Shown: piece after piece, positions 36,240 to 48,330 of the stretch
Layout: each line of letters starts with the position of its first letter
How positions within the stretch are numbered: position 1 is the first letter of the stretch
DNA from: Selaginella moellendorffii
Lineage: Eukaryota > Plantae > Lycopodiophyta
NCBI RefSeq assembly: GCF_000143415.4
Contig: NW_003314276.1
Span: 2,573,693-2,637,692, forward strand
Direction: 5' to 3'
DNA: 64,000 nt
Notes under the pieces: generated by a model
Databases searched by the model: none
The model's input: the letters and a program-made list of their open reading frames with translations, nothing else
Told to the model about the DNA's origin: nothing
Made by a program: the position numbers and the translations under genes

Positions 36240-37740
36240 GACTAAACTCAGACTCGGTTTCAAACCTAGTTTCTATCTCGGTCTTGGTCTCAGTCTCCAT
36301 TTTAGGTCCATCTCAGAGTCAACTTCGGACTCCATCTTAGATCCATCTCAAACTCCATCTCAAATCCATCTTAGATCCATCCCAAACTCTATCTTCGACT
36401 CCATCTTGGGTCCATCTCAGACTCCATCTCAAACTCCATCTTGGGTCCATATCAAACTCCATCTTGGACTCCATCTCGGGTCCATTTTGGGTCTATATTG
36501 GACTCCATCTCAGGTCCATATCAAACTCCATCTCAGACTCCATCTTAGGTTCATCTCGAACTTCATCTCAGGTCCATCTTGGACTCCATTTTGAACTCCT
36601 TCTCAAACTCCATCTCAAACTCCTTCTCGGATTTGTTCCTAACACTTTCATATGTCACAACACTTGCTATATATCAATCCTTTTTGTGTCCCTTTTTTAG
36701 AGACTCACTTACTGATTATTTTCTTATCCTATTATTAGGAAGTTAATTTCCACCAATACAATCAATTATGTCCCATGTTTTGCTTAATTGCCTCATAATC
36801 ATCAAGTCCTAAAACTCATTATTAGTGCTTTTACACCTCGCTCATTATTTAGGTCAATGCACTTGAATTTAAGCTATGCCAATCCCACTTTCATTGGGAT
36901 TCCTTTGGTAATAAGTTCTCATGAATCAACCAATTTGACCTCAAAGCATCATGCCTTGGAACATTTGGTGTCTCCACACCATCAGCTCTATGAGTTTACC
37001 CTCATAACACTTCCCACTTATGTCTAAGTTTTTGTTAAACAATAGTAGTCGTTTCTTATGCTAACTATCTGTTAGCATTACAATATAAACATAATTTCTT
37101 GCCAAAGTTGTTTTCTTTCGTAAACACCTTTTCACAATTTTAGCATGGCACATTCTACCATCAATGAGATACCTATTATTCTCATATTTGGATCTCATGA
37201 TCCTCTCAGTCCTTTATAGGGTACAAAACACCTCGATTTAAACAGGATTCCTCAAAAGCCTTTAGGACCATCTCTTAACTCTACTAAGTCATCCAGCTTT
37301 TGAACTTGTTAATCCAATGTCCTATAAAGCCCTACTTTTGAGGTGTATCATACTTAAATAAAACTTTTTATATTCTCATAAGGACCATCCTTGCAAGTGT
37401 TACTCTGACACTTGATTATCCATCTCGAGTCCATTTCAGATTCCATCTCGAACTCCATTCTGAGTCCATATTGGACTCCATCTCAGGTCCATATTAGACT
37501 TTATCTCGGGTCCATCTCGGACTCCATCTCAGGTCCAACTCAAACTCCATCTCGGGTTCATCTCGGACTCCATCTCAGGTCTATCTCAGACTCCATCTCG
37601 GGTCTATCTTAGACTCTATCTTGGGTCCATATTGGACTTCATCTCAGATTTCATCTCGAATCCATCTCAGACTCCATCTTAGACTCTATCTCAGGTCCAT
37701 CTTAAATTCCATCTCGGGTCCATATTGGACTCTATCTATT
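36240..37740 (-). repeat. Two degenerate CTCCATCTCAGA-type ~12-bp arrays (36240-36630, 37420-37740), reverse-oriented retroelement 3' UTR type
   Basis: The reverse complement resembles the chromovirus 3'-UTR arrays, and the adjacent CTTTGGGCTTTCACCC is the reverse complement of GGGTGAAAGCCCAAAG-like sequence seen before PPTs. Confidence 0.7.
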
Positions 37741-38299
37741 CTTAGCACTTTCATGTGTTAGTTTTTTCTTGTGTCCTTTTTTTAGAGATTCATTCATCAA
37801 TTGCTTTGTGCTCATTCCTTGAGCACTTTGTTCAGAGTTTCACTCATGCTCTCGACTTTTCAAATTGGAAGTTTTGATCCAAACATGTTATGTTTTGTTG
37901 GACTTTCACTTTGACCAATACTATGTGGCACCTTTTTTGCTCCACTTTGGGGCTTAGGGATTTGTGTTTCACAACGAGACCAACAAATGGGGCATGGTAG
38001 TAAGAGTGTCTTAGTAGATATAGTAAACTATTATCTAGTAAATATTAAGGAAACAAGTTCAATATTGCAATTCCCAACATTAGTAAGTGCAAGTTAACAA
38101 ATAAATCTCTCTAACCAAGTTAAATATGCTTAAATAATAACATTTAGAAATTCCATCCTTATGCTTCTATGGCCAAATGCACACGTGAAAAGTAGTTTCT
38201 CAACTACTTTGAGAGGAAATTAATTATGGTTTAGCAATACTAACCTCCTGTTGTTGTGGTAGTAAAAGAAGAATAGAAAAGAGCTGATAAGTAGCTTTT

Positions 38300-38524
38300 G
38301 ATACCTACAGTCACATTTGCAATATATTCTAATATCTTAGGGATCAATAGAAGTGGGTATTTATTAGGAATGATAGCTTTGTTTAAGTTGTAATATAGAT
38401 TAGGAGATTTGTTTAGGTTGTTATTTTCCTTGGACACAAAAAACAAGTGCACTAATTGGAGATTGAGAAGGCTAGATAAACCTTTAGAAAGATTCTTCTC
38501 AATATATCTATGTAATATGTCCAA
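38300..38524 (-). pseudogene. Ty3/gypsy RT N-terminal remnant
   Basis: YIEKNLSKG...FFVSK...LNKAIIPNKYPLLLIPKIL. Confidence 0.7.
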
Positions 38525-38859
38525 CTCTATTGATAAAAGATTATAGACAAGACTAAATAGTAGTGATTAACACCCTTGAAATCATAATAATTAAAGGGAA
38601 GAGTGGATTGGTCTAAATAGACAAAGTTGGTGTTAAATGAATCACAATTGCAAAGACAGAACCAATATCTTAAAAACTAATACCTCCAGACTCATATGAA
38701 AAAAATATGAAAAATTGGATTGGAGAAACAAAATAAAAGGACTTAGAGAATGAGAGAATTGTTCAATTAATATCATATCACTTTCAATCTAATGTCAGGT
38801 TCACCAGCTCAAACCAAAGACGATATAAAAAATATCAATTTATATTTACAAGAAAACCA

Positions 38860-39105
38860 ACACAAATCAAACACAAATCAGAAAGAGGTAAAAGAAGTCT
38901 ATATATATAAAATTTAGTTAACAATATTGTTGCCAAATAGTGTGTGACACAGACACAGACAATCCAACCAAGATGGAAGTTGTTGATTGTTCCAAAATCA
39001 TCCTTGTGTGTGACACAGACACAGACAATCCAACCAAGATGGAAGTTGTTGATTGTTCCAAAATCATCCTTGTGCCAAATGTGAAACACCTCGTTCAGAT
39101 TTGCA
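38860..39105 (-). pseudogene. ATG6 gene fragment with 66-bp tandem duplication
   Basis: [22 protein letters not shown] matches ATG6 [22 protein letters not shown] (46900-46970), and 38870-38945 matches 46705-46780. Confidence 0.8.
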
Positions 39106-39211
39106 TCGTTTAGCGCGTCCTTGGCGCTTGAATCTCCCGTGTAAGGTTCCCTTGTTGAACATCTTCTTCGTTACCTTTATTTTAGTTTTTGGTTATGCAC
39201 ATTTAGGGTCT

Positions 39212-42200
39212 ATGGCTGTGAATGTTTTGAATGTGGCGGAGAAGCCCAGCGCCGCCAAGGAGATCGCGCAGATCTTGTCACATGGCGATTGCCGGAGCTT
39301 GAGCGGCCATTCTGTCTACAACAGGATCTTCCATTTCAACTACATGATCGGTGGTCAGCCATGCCGAATGGTAATGACCTCTGTCAGCGGCCATCTCATG
39401 GAGCTGGATTTCGAGGAGCAATTCCGGAAATGGTACTACTGCGATCCGGCCGATTTGTTCCAGGCCCCAGTGAGGAGATACGTTCCCCAGGTACGAAGGA
39501 TTTTGATAGGAAAGGAAAAGAAAGAATGTGGATTCTCACAGGCAGGGAAATGTTCTCTAGGACAAGCTGGGAATCAAACGGACGCTGGAAGAACAGGCTA
39601 GGAATTGCCAGTGGCTTGTTCTTTGGCTCGATTGCGATCGAGAAGGAGAGAACATTGCCTACGAAGTGGTGGAGGTCTGTCTCAATGTTAACCGGGGACT
39701 CAACGTCTTACGAGCTCGCTTCTCAGCATTTATCGAGAGGTATGATTTTTGTCACTTCCATCTTTCCTTCGGGGACTCATAGTTTTTGCAGGGAAATCCA
39801 GCACGCTGCACAGAATTTGCACCGGCCAAATCGCAATCTTTCGGATGCTGTGGACGCGCGCCAGGTTTTTCTCTGAGCTTTAAACTTCCTTTATCGTTTG
39901 TAGTTCTAAAAGAAAGCCATGCCGATGTTTAGGAGATCGATCTACGTATAGGTGCTTCCTTCACTCGCTTTCAGACAATGCTCTTGAAAGATCGCTTTGT
40001 TCTTCCATTTGACGAGCATGAGAAGGCCATTCTTAGCTATGGTCCGTGCCAGGTAACGAGATAAATAATAATCTCCATTCCAATAGCCAACATACTTTTG
40101 CGCTAGTTTCCAACTCTAGGCTTTGTCGTTGAAAGATATTGGCAAGTTCAAGCACACCAGCCTGAAGATTTTTGGACCATAAACTGCGTGTACAGGTCGG
40201 AGAACGACAGTGCTTCCTTCAAATGGACGTAAGTCATGATTTTTTTAATCCCAGGCTTGCTGAGTTTGTATGTTTCGCAGGCGCGGCCATCTTTTCGACT
40301 ATGTAGCCGCCGTCTCCATATATGAAATGTGCGTGGAAGAGCCTCTTGCTACGGTTAATTTATCTTCCTTCCATCATGCTCGAAAGCCTTGAAATCTTCT
40401 CTTTCAGGTTTTCTCTGTTACTGGACGTGAGACACGTAAAAATCCACCGCATCCACTCAATACGGTTGAGCTGGTGAAGCGGGCTTCACGGTTTCTACGC
40501 TTTGGGTCCCAGGAGACAATGAAGGTATTGTTGGCTTGTGTTTATCAATCGCCAACCTTTGAACTTGCAGGCTGCTGAAGAGCTCTACCAGCAAGGATTC
40601 ATCAGCTATCCCCGGACTGAGACAGATTACTTTTCGGAGAACACTGATCTTCGAGTTTGTGTTGCATCGGTTCCTAGTCTCTTTGAGCTCATATAATGTT
40701 GTCTACGCAGCGCATGGTAGAGGAGCAGACAAGGCATCCTGTGTGGGGAAATTATGCCCATCGCCTTGTTGACCCTCGAGAGAATTTGTGGAGACATCCG
40801 AGCAATGGTGGACACGACGATAAAGCTCATCCGCCTATACATCCTACCAGGTTTTCGGATGGAGAACCACAATGGAGGAACGATCACAAGGTAGGTTTTT
40901 TTTATTAATGTCACTTTGATTTCTGTATTTTGTTTTCTTTGCAGGCAGTGTATGAGCTTGTTGTGCGACACTTTCTTGCGTGTGTCTCGCAGCCGGCTGT
41001 AGGATACGCAACAAAAGCCATGATTGACATTGCTGGGGAACAGTTCTCTGCTAATGGACTCATGGTGACTGCTGTAAGTAAACTTTCTCGTTGTTCCTAG
41101 GAACTGAGACCGTGTTGCTCGTTTTCATCTCAGAGAAATTACTTGGAAGTTTATAGATACGAAAACTGGGCTGCTTCAACTCTTCCAAACTTTGATCTTG
41201 GACAACAGGTACACATCTTCAGACTGCGAGTATTTTCTTACTTTGCGTGTGTTTCTTCGCAGTTCATTCCAACCAGGCTTACGCTGGATGCTGGCAGAAC
41301 GCAACCCCCACCCCTTTTGTCAGAAGCGGATTTAATCGCGCTCATGGACAAGGTGGTTTCTTAGTTCCAGCATTTTCAAGACCTGAATTCTCTGTGTGGC
41401 CAGGAGGGAATTGGAACGGATGCTACTATGCATGATCACATAAAAAAGCTGCTGGACCGGCGCTACGCTACCAAAGATGCGCAGACACGCTTTTGTCCCA
41501 CAAACTTGGTACGCGGCACAACCAGGAAAAGTGCTTTCAACTAAGTAGAGATTATCTTACAGGGCGAGGCACTGGTTATGGGATATGACACGATGGGGTT
41601 GGTTTTCATATTTCTAGTTTCTTTATATTCACTTCCAAGATGAGAGACATTCCAGAAGTTTTGTTTCAGGTACGAGCTTTGGAAGCCCCATCTCAGATCT
41701 ATAATGGAGAGAGACATGAAGGCCGTGAGCGACGGGATAAAGGTGAAGGAGAATGTCCTGGAGACATGCTTGCAGCAAATGAAGACGTGCTTTCTCGATG
41801 TAGGTTTTAAAGCTTTTCAGCTGCTACTTTATTTTCTTATTTTTCTTATATTTTCCAGGCTAGAGTTCAGCAACAAAAGCTTATAGAGGCAATGGGTCTT
41901 TTCTTTGAGAGGTAAGCATGTGTTCTTTGGCATTAGTTTCTACTTGGATCGGTCCAACAGAAGCCAAAATCAAGTCCCTGAAGCGGTGCAAGTCGGTGGA
42001 ATCGTTCGAAGGTGCCCGATGTGTCGTGAAGCCGACATGGTTTTAAAGAGAAGACCAGTGGGTTTTTCCTCTTCATCCCGTTTGCTTGTAGGCCACCACT
42101 GACTTTGTTACACCAGGATAGCAAGTTTATGGTTGGTTGTCGCAACTTTCCACAGGTAAGTTCTTGCTGCTTGCTTAGCTTTTTACTTTTGGAAAATGGT

Positions 42201-42690
42201 GCTTTTCTTTTCAGTGTAAAAATGTCGTGTGGCTACCCTCCGTCGTCATGGAAGCGACAGTCACTGCACACACTTGCAACTCGTGCATTCCAGCTCCAGT
42301 TTACAAAATTGACTTCAAGTTCAAGAGAGCAGAGATACCACCACAATACAGCATTTATCACACAGGTGAAAGCTGATTTCCAGAAAACCACATACTGCTA
42401 AAATTAACAATCTCTTGTAGGTTGCGTTGGTGGCTGTGACATTGTGCTGAATGACATTATGAATATCTATAGAGCACCTCCTGCTCCCTCAGGTTCGAAC
42501 TCTGTTTTCCTTGCTCGGCTAACAGAAACTCTATGCAGGGAGAGGACAAGCACAGGATCGAGCTTCTGGACGTGGCCGTGGTGTTGCTTATCCAAGACGA
42601 GGCCGCCGTGGTGGCGGTGCTGGGAGATCCCAAAACCCAAGCCGGCATGGTGACACGGAAGTTTTCTATGATGCGCAGGTACACTTTTAA
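39212..42690 (+). CDS. TOP3A: DNA topoisomerase III alpha (multi-exon)
   Basis: [60 protein letters not shown], catalytic [15 protein letters not shown], and a C4 zinc finger CPMC..GCRNFP. About 20 short GT-AG introns. The 3' end is uncertain (42690, or ~42864 if a last intron is used). Confidence 0.95.
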
Positions 42691-42829
42691 TTTTTTTTAC
42701 TCCCTGTTGTTGCTTAGATTGCAAAGCACTCTAAGAAATCACAGCAGTCAAGTTCTTGGCATTTTCAAGTTTATAGCTTCAAGGACACAAGAGACTGGCA
42801 CACACAGATCAGATCCAGAGTTTCTGGAA

Positions 42830-43371
42830 CTATAGTGAGAGGACGTAGGCCTCGACTTGCTTGATGCTAGCAACGAAGCCATCGGCAAACTTGTCAACTT
42901 CCTCCGTGCCTGGAACTTTGGGTTCGTAATCGAGGGACCACAGAAGCAGGCTTCCTTCTCCTTCAGGCTTGAGCGTCAGTTTCCATTTGAGAGAACTCAC
43001 TTGCGTGCCAACCAGTCCCCCTTCGATCACGCTCACCCCAATGGTATGAGTGGATTCATCGATCATAGTCAGCTCCTCTTTTATGAATGGATAAGGAACA
43101 AGATCTGTGCATGAAGTTCCAGGAACACCAAAGAGAAGAAAGATGAAAATCAAACAAACAGAGATCTCTCCCAGAAACATCACGCACCAGTATTGAACTT
43201 GACCATCCTGGTGTTTCCAACGAGAGCAGCATCGCCATCAACATTTTCAATGCTCACCACGGCCTGATTGGAAGCTTTGACAAGCATTTGTGGATCCTTG
43301 AGAGCCTCCCACAGTTTTGAGGGGGGGAGTGCAACCTGAATCTCTCGGCTGATAGTCGATGGAGCTCCCAT
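42830..43371 (-). CDS. Bet v 1 / PR-10 / MLP-like (SRPBCC fold) protein, 152 aa, 2 exons (43371-43188, 43104-42830)
   Basis: LWEALKD..SIENVDGD..GNTRMVKF..IKEEL..SVIEGG. The single intron falls at codon 62, as in PR-10 genes. Confidence 0.85.
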
Positions 43372-43744
43372 TGTGTCTAAGTTTGCTACTAAGCTTTCAT
43401 TTTTTATACTAGTCTAGATTGTCAACCCTGCTATTCTATTGTTGTTCATTCTTCATGTCACGACCTTCAGTTAAAAATCTCCTCCTTCCGAGTGTAGCAA
43501 GTAAGCATCTCGTTCCACAACACCATCAAAGATCCCTCATTTGTGAACTTACAATGCAACCTCCTTTTCATTAAAGTGGGATTCTCTCATTATTATGTGT
43601 CTATATAGTTCATTCAATTAGTTGAAAATGTTATAATACATTAATGTGAGAAATCACATGAGAACCTTCACTTTTTTTTCTTGTTACCTTATCTTCTTTA
43701 CTAAAAAAATGTGAGATAATGACAAATCTCACTTTAACTAGAAA

Positions 43745-44215
43745 GTGCTTGTTCACGCTCTCCAAACCGTTTCCCTGGCCGTAAGCAGCGATCAATGCGT
43801 TCCAGGATCTAGCATCTCGGCCCATCGCGAGGAAGATCTCCAATGTCTCCCACCCAAACCTCTAGGTGATGGAGTTTGTTGTTTCCAACAATCGCCTTAT
43901 CCACTGATTGTGAGGGAGGAACTAACAGGGGACGTGGTTTTCCTCCCTATAAGCCAATATGGTGACCATTTCAGCATAGATTTTAGAGCCTTTGTCCACG
44001 GTTGAAGCATTGATATATTGTTTACCATTATACGTGTTGGTACATATACCAGCATACCTACAGTATTTGGTGTTTCCAACAATCGCAACATTCTCAACAC
44101 TCACCACGCGATTGGAAGCTTTGACAGGCATCTGTGGATCTCCCACAGTTTTGAGGGCAACCTGAATCTCTTGGTTGATAGTTGAAGGAGTTCCAATTGT
44201 GTTAAAGCTTTCATC
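43745..44215 (-). pseudogene. Mosaic of PPR (43745-43890), ATG6 last-exon (43897-44010) and Bet v 1 exon-1 (44065-44215) fragments
   Basis: SWNALIAAYGQG; WTKALKSMLKWSPYWLIG..SSSLTIS (cf. 46196-46335); DPQMPVKASNRVVSVENV (cf. 43210-43371). Confidence 0.8.
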
Positions 44216-44229
44216 TTGTATACTAGTGT

Positions 44230-45130
44230 AGATCCAATTCTACAAGTTACCATGAATCACCAATATTCTGTTGTTGTTCATTCATCATATGCATGTCATA
44301 AAAAAAGTGGTGGTCGTCTCCTCGCCCTGCGTGTAGCAAGTAAGCATCGCATTCCACGACACCAGGTGGGGCTCCGGCATACCATCGAAGATCCTCCTCA
44401 TCTCCTCGAATTTGCGAGCATGCCAGAAACATGCTCGTCCACGACCGAACGTTTCAAACACCAGCTTCGTGCTCTCCAGATCGTTTCCCTGGCCGTAAGC
44501 AGAGATCAACGCGTTCCATCTCGGTCCATCGCGAGGAAGATCTTCGTCGCCTGATCAATGTCTCCGGCCTCGCGCACCCAAATGCTTGTCCAAGTGATGG
44601 AGTTCGGTCTGGAACAGCCTCCTGGCCTCCTCGAGCATCCCAGTGCGTGTGTAGACGGGAAAGATCGAGTTTCAGGACACCGAGTCTTGGGCTGGAATGC
44701 GATCGAAGAGTGCCCGCGCTGCTCTAACATCGCCAGCCTGGGCATTTGCCGTGATTAGAGCATTCCACGATGTTCCTCCCGGGTATTTCTTCCTGAAGCT
44801 GGCCGGTTTGCGAGAGCCAAAAAGCCCTCCGTTGACTACAGGCATTCTTCGAAAGAATTCGAGAAAATCCCCAAACTACCATAGAGTTCCAAGATGCAAC
44901 ATCGCGCTTTTCCCTTGGCTCCGCAATGTTTCCGGCTAAAGCAACGTTGAGGAAACTGCGCTGTGCTCTCAGAACCATTTCCCTCTCTCGTTTAAATACC
45001 TGTTTTGGGCAACAAGCGCGAACCCCACGCCCAAACATTTATGTGGTTGCCCAGGAACCTTTGGCCTTCCTAGCGAGCTCCCAGTGCAATGGTCATCCTT
45101 CTGATAGATTGTTGCAAGCTTTCAACTTCG
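44230..45130 (-). pseudogene. Degenerate PLS-class PPR gene
   Basis: DVASWNSMV, NSITWTS..AGDIDQATKIF, RIFDGMPEPHLVSWNAML, in several frames with stops. Confidence 0.7.
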
Positions 45131-45458
45131 AATGAAATGCCACCCATGGAAGAAATACTACTAAGCGTCATAGTAACTATTAAACTTGTCTATCAATTTA
45201 AGCTGGAAGAGAAGCACGCATATCCTAGTGATATTTTGTCTCATGTTTTGGAGTAATATGTCATCTCGTTGATATATAGAATCCAGCTCCAAATTGACAT
45301 TCGAAGAGTTGTTAAGATGAAATCTCATGATTTAACATCCTATCTATGCAGGCGATCCGAAACTGTGAAACCTTCATTTTATTCAAGAAACTATTATAAG
45401 GTATTCCGTAAGCAAGTGTGAAGAACACTTAGCTAACAAAATCACGAGATTCATCCTT

Positions 45459-46082
45459 TTAACTTGTAAGCTTTGGGCGACTGATCGCCTTTGCAAGGTT
45501 GGATTCTAGCGTTGGCAGGGGCAACGCGAGCAGAGCAGGCCTCAAATCATCCTCGCCGGCAATTCTCTTGAGCAGCGGCAGCAAATCAAACAAGACGCGA
45601 TCGTCATCCCTGCTGCTGTTCCGAAACATGGGCACCACGATCCCGCTCTCGAGATTCATCTTGAACGAGTCCCGGAAATCGTCCACCCACACCACCTTCC
45701 GCAACTCCCTCCCAAGCTTTGGACTGTTCAAGTCCTTGTAGTCCTTGATCTCCGAGCTCCCGCTGCAAGAGTCCCGAGCAAGCCATGTTGCCACAAATGA
45801 TCCACTGGGATCAATCGCCTCCCTCATCTTCTCCACATAGGATTTCCTTCCGAGGCTAAACACCACCACCTCGTAAATCTCTGAGGCTTGCCGAAGGAAA
45901 TCGTCCAGCCCTGGTCGCTTGGACACCCAAACGGGCTGCTCCTCGGAATCAAACTCCACCACGAAGTCGAAACACGCATGTAATTTAGCTTGCCTCGACG
46001 TAGCTATCAAAGTACCATCGAGATCAAGGATCAAAGTCGGCTTGCCTCGATCGCCAACGCGCTGTTCGCCAAGTTGAGCCAT
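45459..46082 (-). CDS. SCP/FCP1-like (NIF, HAD family) small CTD phosphatase, intronless, 207 aa
   Basis: TLILDLDGTL (DxDxT), KRPGLDDFL, YEVVVFS, KDL..LGRELRKVVWVDD. Confidence 0.88.
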   Translation of the reverse strand: MAQLGEQRVGDRGKPTLILDLDGTLIATSRQAKLHACFDFVVEFDSEEQPVWVSKRPGLDDFLRQASEIYEVVVFSLGRKSYVEKMREAIDPSGSFVATWLARDSCSGSSEIKDYKDLNSPKLGRELRKVVWVDDFRDSFKMNLESGIVVPMFRNSSRDDDRVLFDLLPLLKRIAGEDDLRPALLALPLPTLESNLAKAISRPKLTS

Positions 46083-46195
46083 GAACACTGAGTATGAACC
46101 CTAAATGAGGTAGGATAGTACTTATTTTCAAAATGAAAAGGTTGGAAAGAATGTTATATATTGTCCTGATTTTATATACATCTGTAGTTTTCGCC

Positions 46196-48195
46196 TTATG
46201 TACTGATTGTGAGGGAGGAACTAACAGGGGACGTTGGTTGAAATAGTGTGTTCCCTATAAGCCAATACAATGACCATTTCAGATTACACAGCATAAATTT
46301 GAGAGCCTTTGTCCACTTCTCTGGTCGGTTGAAGCTTTGAGTGATTGCAAATCCTTCCACCTTGTCATTCTCAATCCTTCAAGACATGCCAAGATCAGAA
46401 AAGCGCTGCTGATACGAAGGACTTACAAGTAAGGTAGCGTGAAGCATTTGCCTGGGGCCACTCTAGCAGCCCGGTCCTTGGCATTTGCAAAATCGGCAAA
46501 CTCTTTCAGACATGCGAGGAAATAAACCATTGCTTTGTCAAAGTGCGTGCTCCAAAACAGATTTACTGGACCGTAGCTGCCACAAGAGAGTATAAGTTAC
46601 TCACAAAACACGAAAGTGAAAACTCACAGCTCGTATGTGTTTTTGCTATCAGCAATACAGGCATAACTTCCCATGGGAATCAATCTATACCTGCAAGCAG
46701 CAACACAAATTCAGAAGAAAGAAAAGGAAAAAGAAGTCTACATACGTAAAATTGAGTTGGCAATATTGTGCCATAGTGTGCAACAATAGACACGCCTGTC
46801 CCCAGGCGGCATTGATCTCATCCCATTCCACCTGATACAGGGACGGTCTCACAAAACAAGAAACAGAAAAATATGCTCTTACATGAACATTTGGAAGGCG
46901 GCCAAGCCGGAAATTGTTGATTGTTCCAAAATCACCGTCGTGACAAATGTAGAACGCCTCGTTCAGAACGTTTGCAGCTTTTAGCGCAGTCAATTGTGCA
47001 CCTGCAACGTCAATCTTTGCCAAGACAGCGTCTCTCTCCTCCTGTAAGCAAGAATAAATACGAAACAAACATTTCAAGTTTATCTTTACCTGATGAACAG
47101 TGAGACGAAGTTTAAAGTTGTTGAAGTCGTGCCAGAATCTGGATGAGGTTTATCAGAAAGAAGAAAAGACAATACTGAGAAAAAACAGGCCTACCTTTGT
47201 TCCAATTCATCGAGATCTTTAAACTTGCGCTCATAGTCTTCCAGTTGCAACTTCACCTCCAGATTTTGTCGCTCAAGCTGCTCAATCGTCGCTTCAAGCT
47301 TTCTTTCTTCTTCAACCTGGAAAAGAAAAAGCACAATAAACTTAGTAAACTTCAATCGTCATGCAAGTATGCTCTTTACCGTAAACTCCTCCTCGCTCAC
47401 TGAAGTCCGTTGCTCCTTCTCGAATCTATCAAGACAAGACTCGTATTCTTTTATGTCCTTGGTAACCTCTTCAATTTGTTTTTCCATCTCGTCAGACAAA
47501 ACACGCATGCATTCGAGGCACAGGGGTTGATCCACCTAGCAAACCGAAGAACAGAAAGAACTATGTAAGAAAACCCATCCAGACTATAGAGATGTAGACA
47601 TCACAAACCTGAGTTTGTGCCGAAGCAATCTCGAAGACCCTCGTCAAGACATTCACACTAGCATTGAAGCTAGCGTTACTCGTCTGTGGCTGTGCTCCTC
47701 CGCCACTGGAATTTCCACTGCTTCCAGCCTGGCCTTCGCCAGACATATCGTTCCTATACATGGATGCTGCTGCGGAAGGCAACACAACAAAGGACTCTTC
47801 CATTGTTCTTCCGCCATGGTGGCTCTCAGCAGCTGCAAAATCGGATTTTGATTGCTAGCGAGGATCCAAGAGCTGAAAAGACAAACCTGGGGTTGGATAA
47901 TAACCAGGAGTTGGATAATTCATCGCCCCTCGCGGCCTTGGAGGAGGATAGCCGGCTTTGTGCTTCGGCAAGAGCACGAACGATTGATCCATTCTGCTCG
48001 CAGCTAGGACGCTCCCACTGCCGGCAGCTGCAACAAAGCAGAGCTTGGAATGAATCCATCGACAACCCAGCAGCCCTAACCTGAGACTCGCTCCGCGTAG
48101 GCATCCGCGCCAGAGATCACGAATGGATGCTTGCACATTTGACAGTACCATCGCGGCAGCGCTGGATCGCGCACCGCGACTTTGCCGCCTTCCAT
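46196..48195 (-). CDS. ATG6: Autophagy protein 6 / Beclin-1 (multi-exon)
   Basis: [82 protein letters not shown]. Confidence 0.95.
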
Positions 48196-48330
48196 CCTCC
48201 CTCTTTACTACATAAGCCCTAAGATGGGAATATTCTCCGCCCAAAATCAGATGCTTGTTACATTAGCTAGAATATTCTCCACAATTAAAATAAGATGCCA
48301 ACACTTCGTTAGCACAAGTTAGAATTTTCG

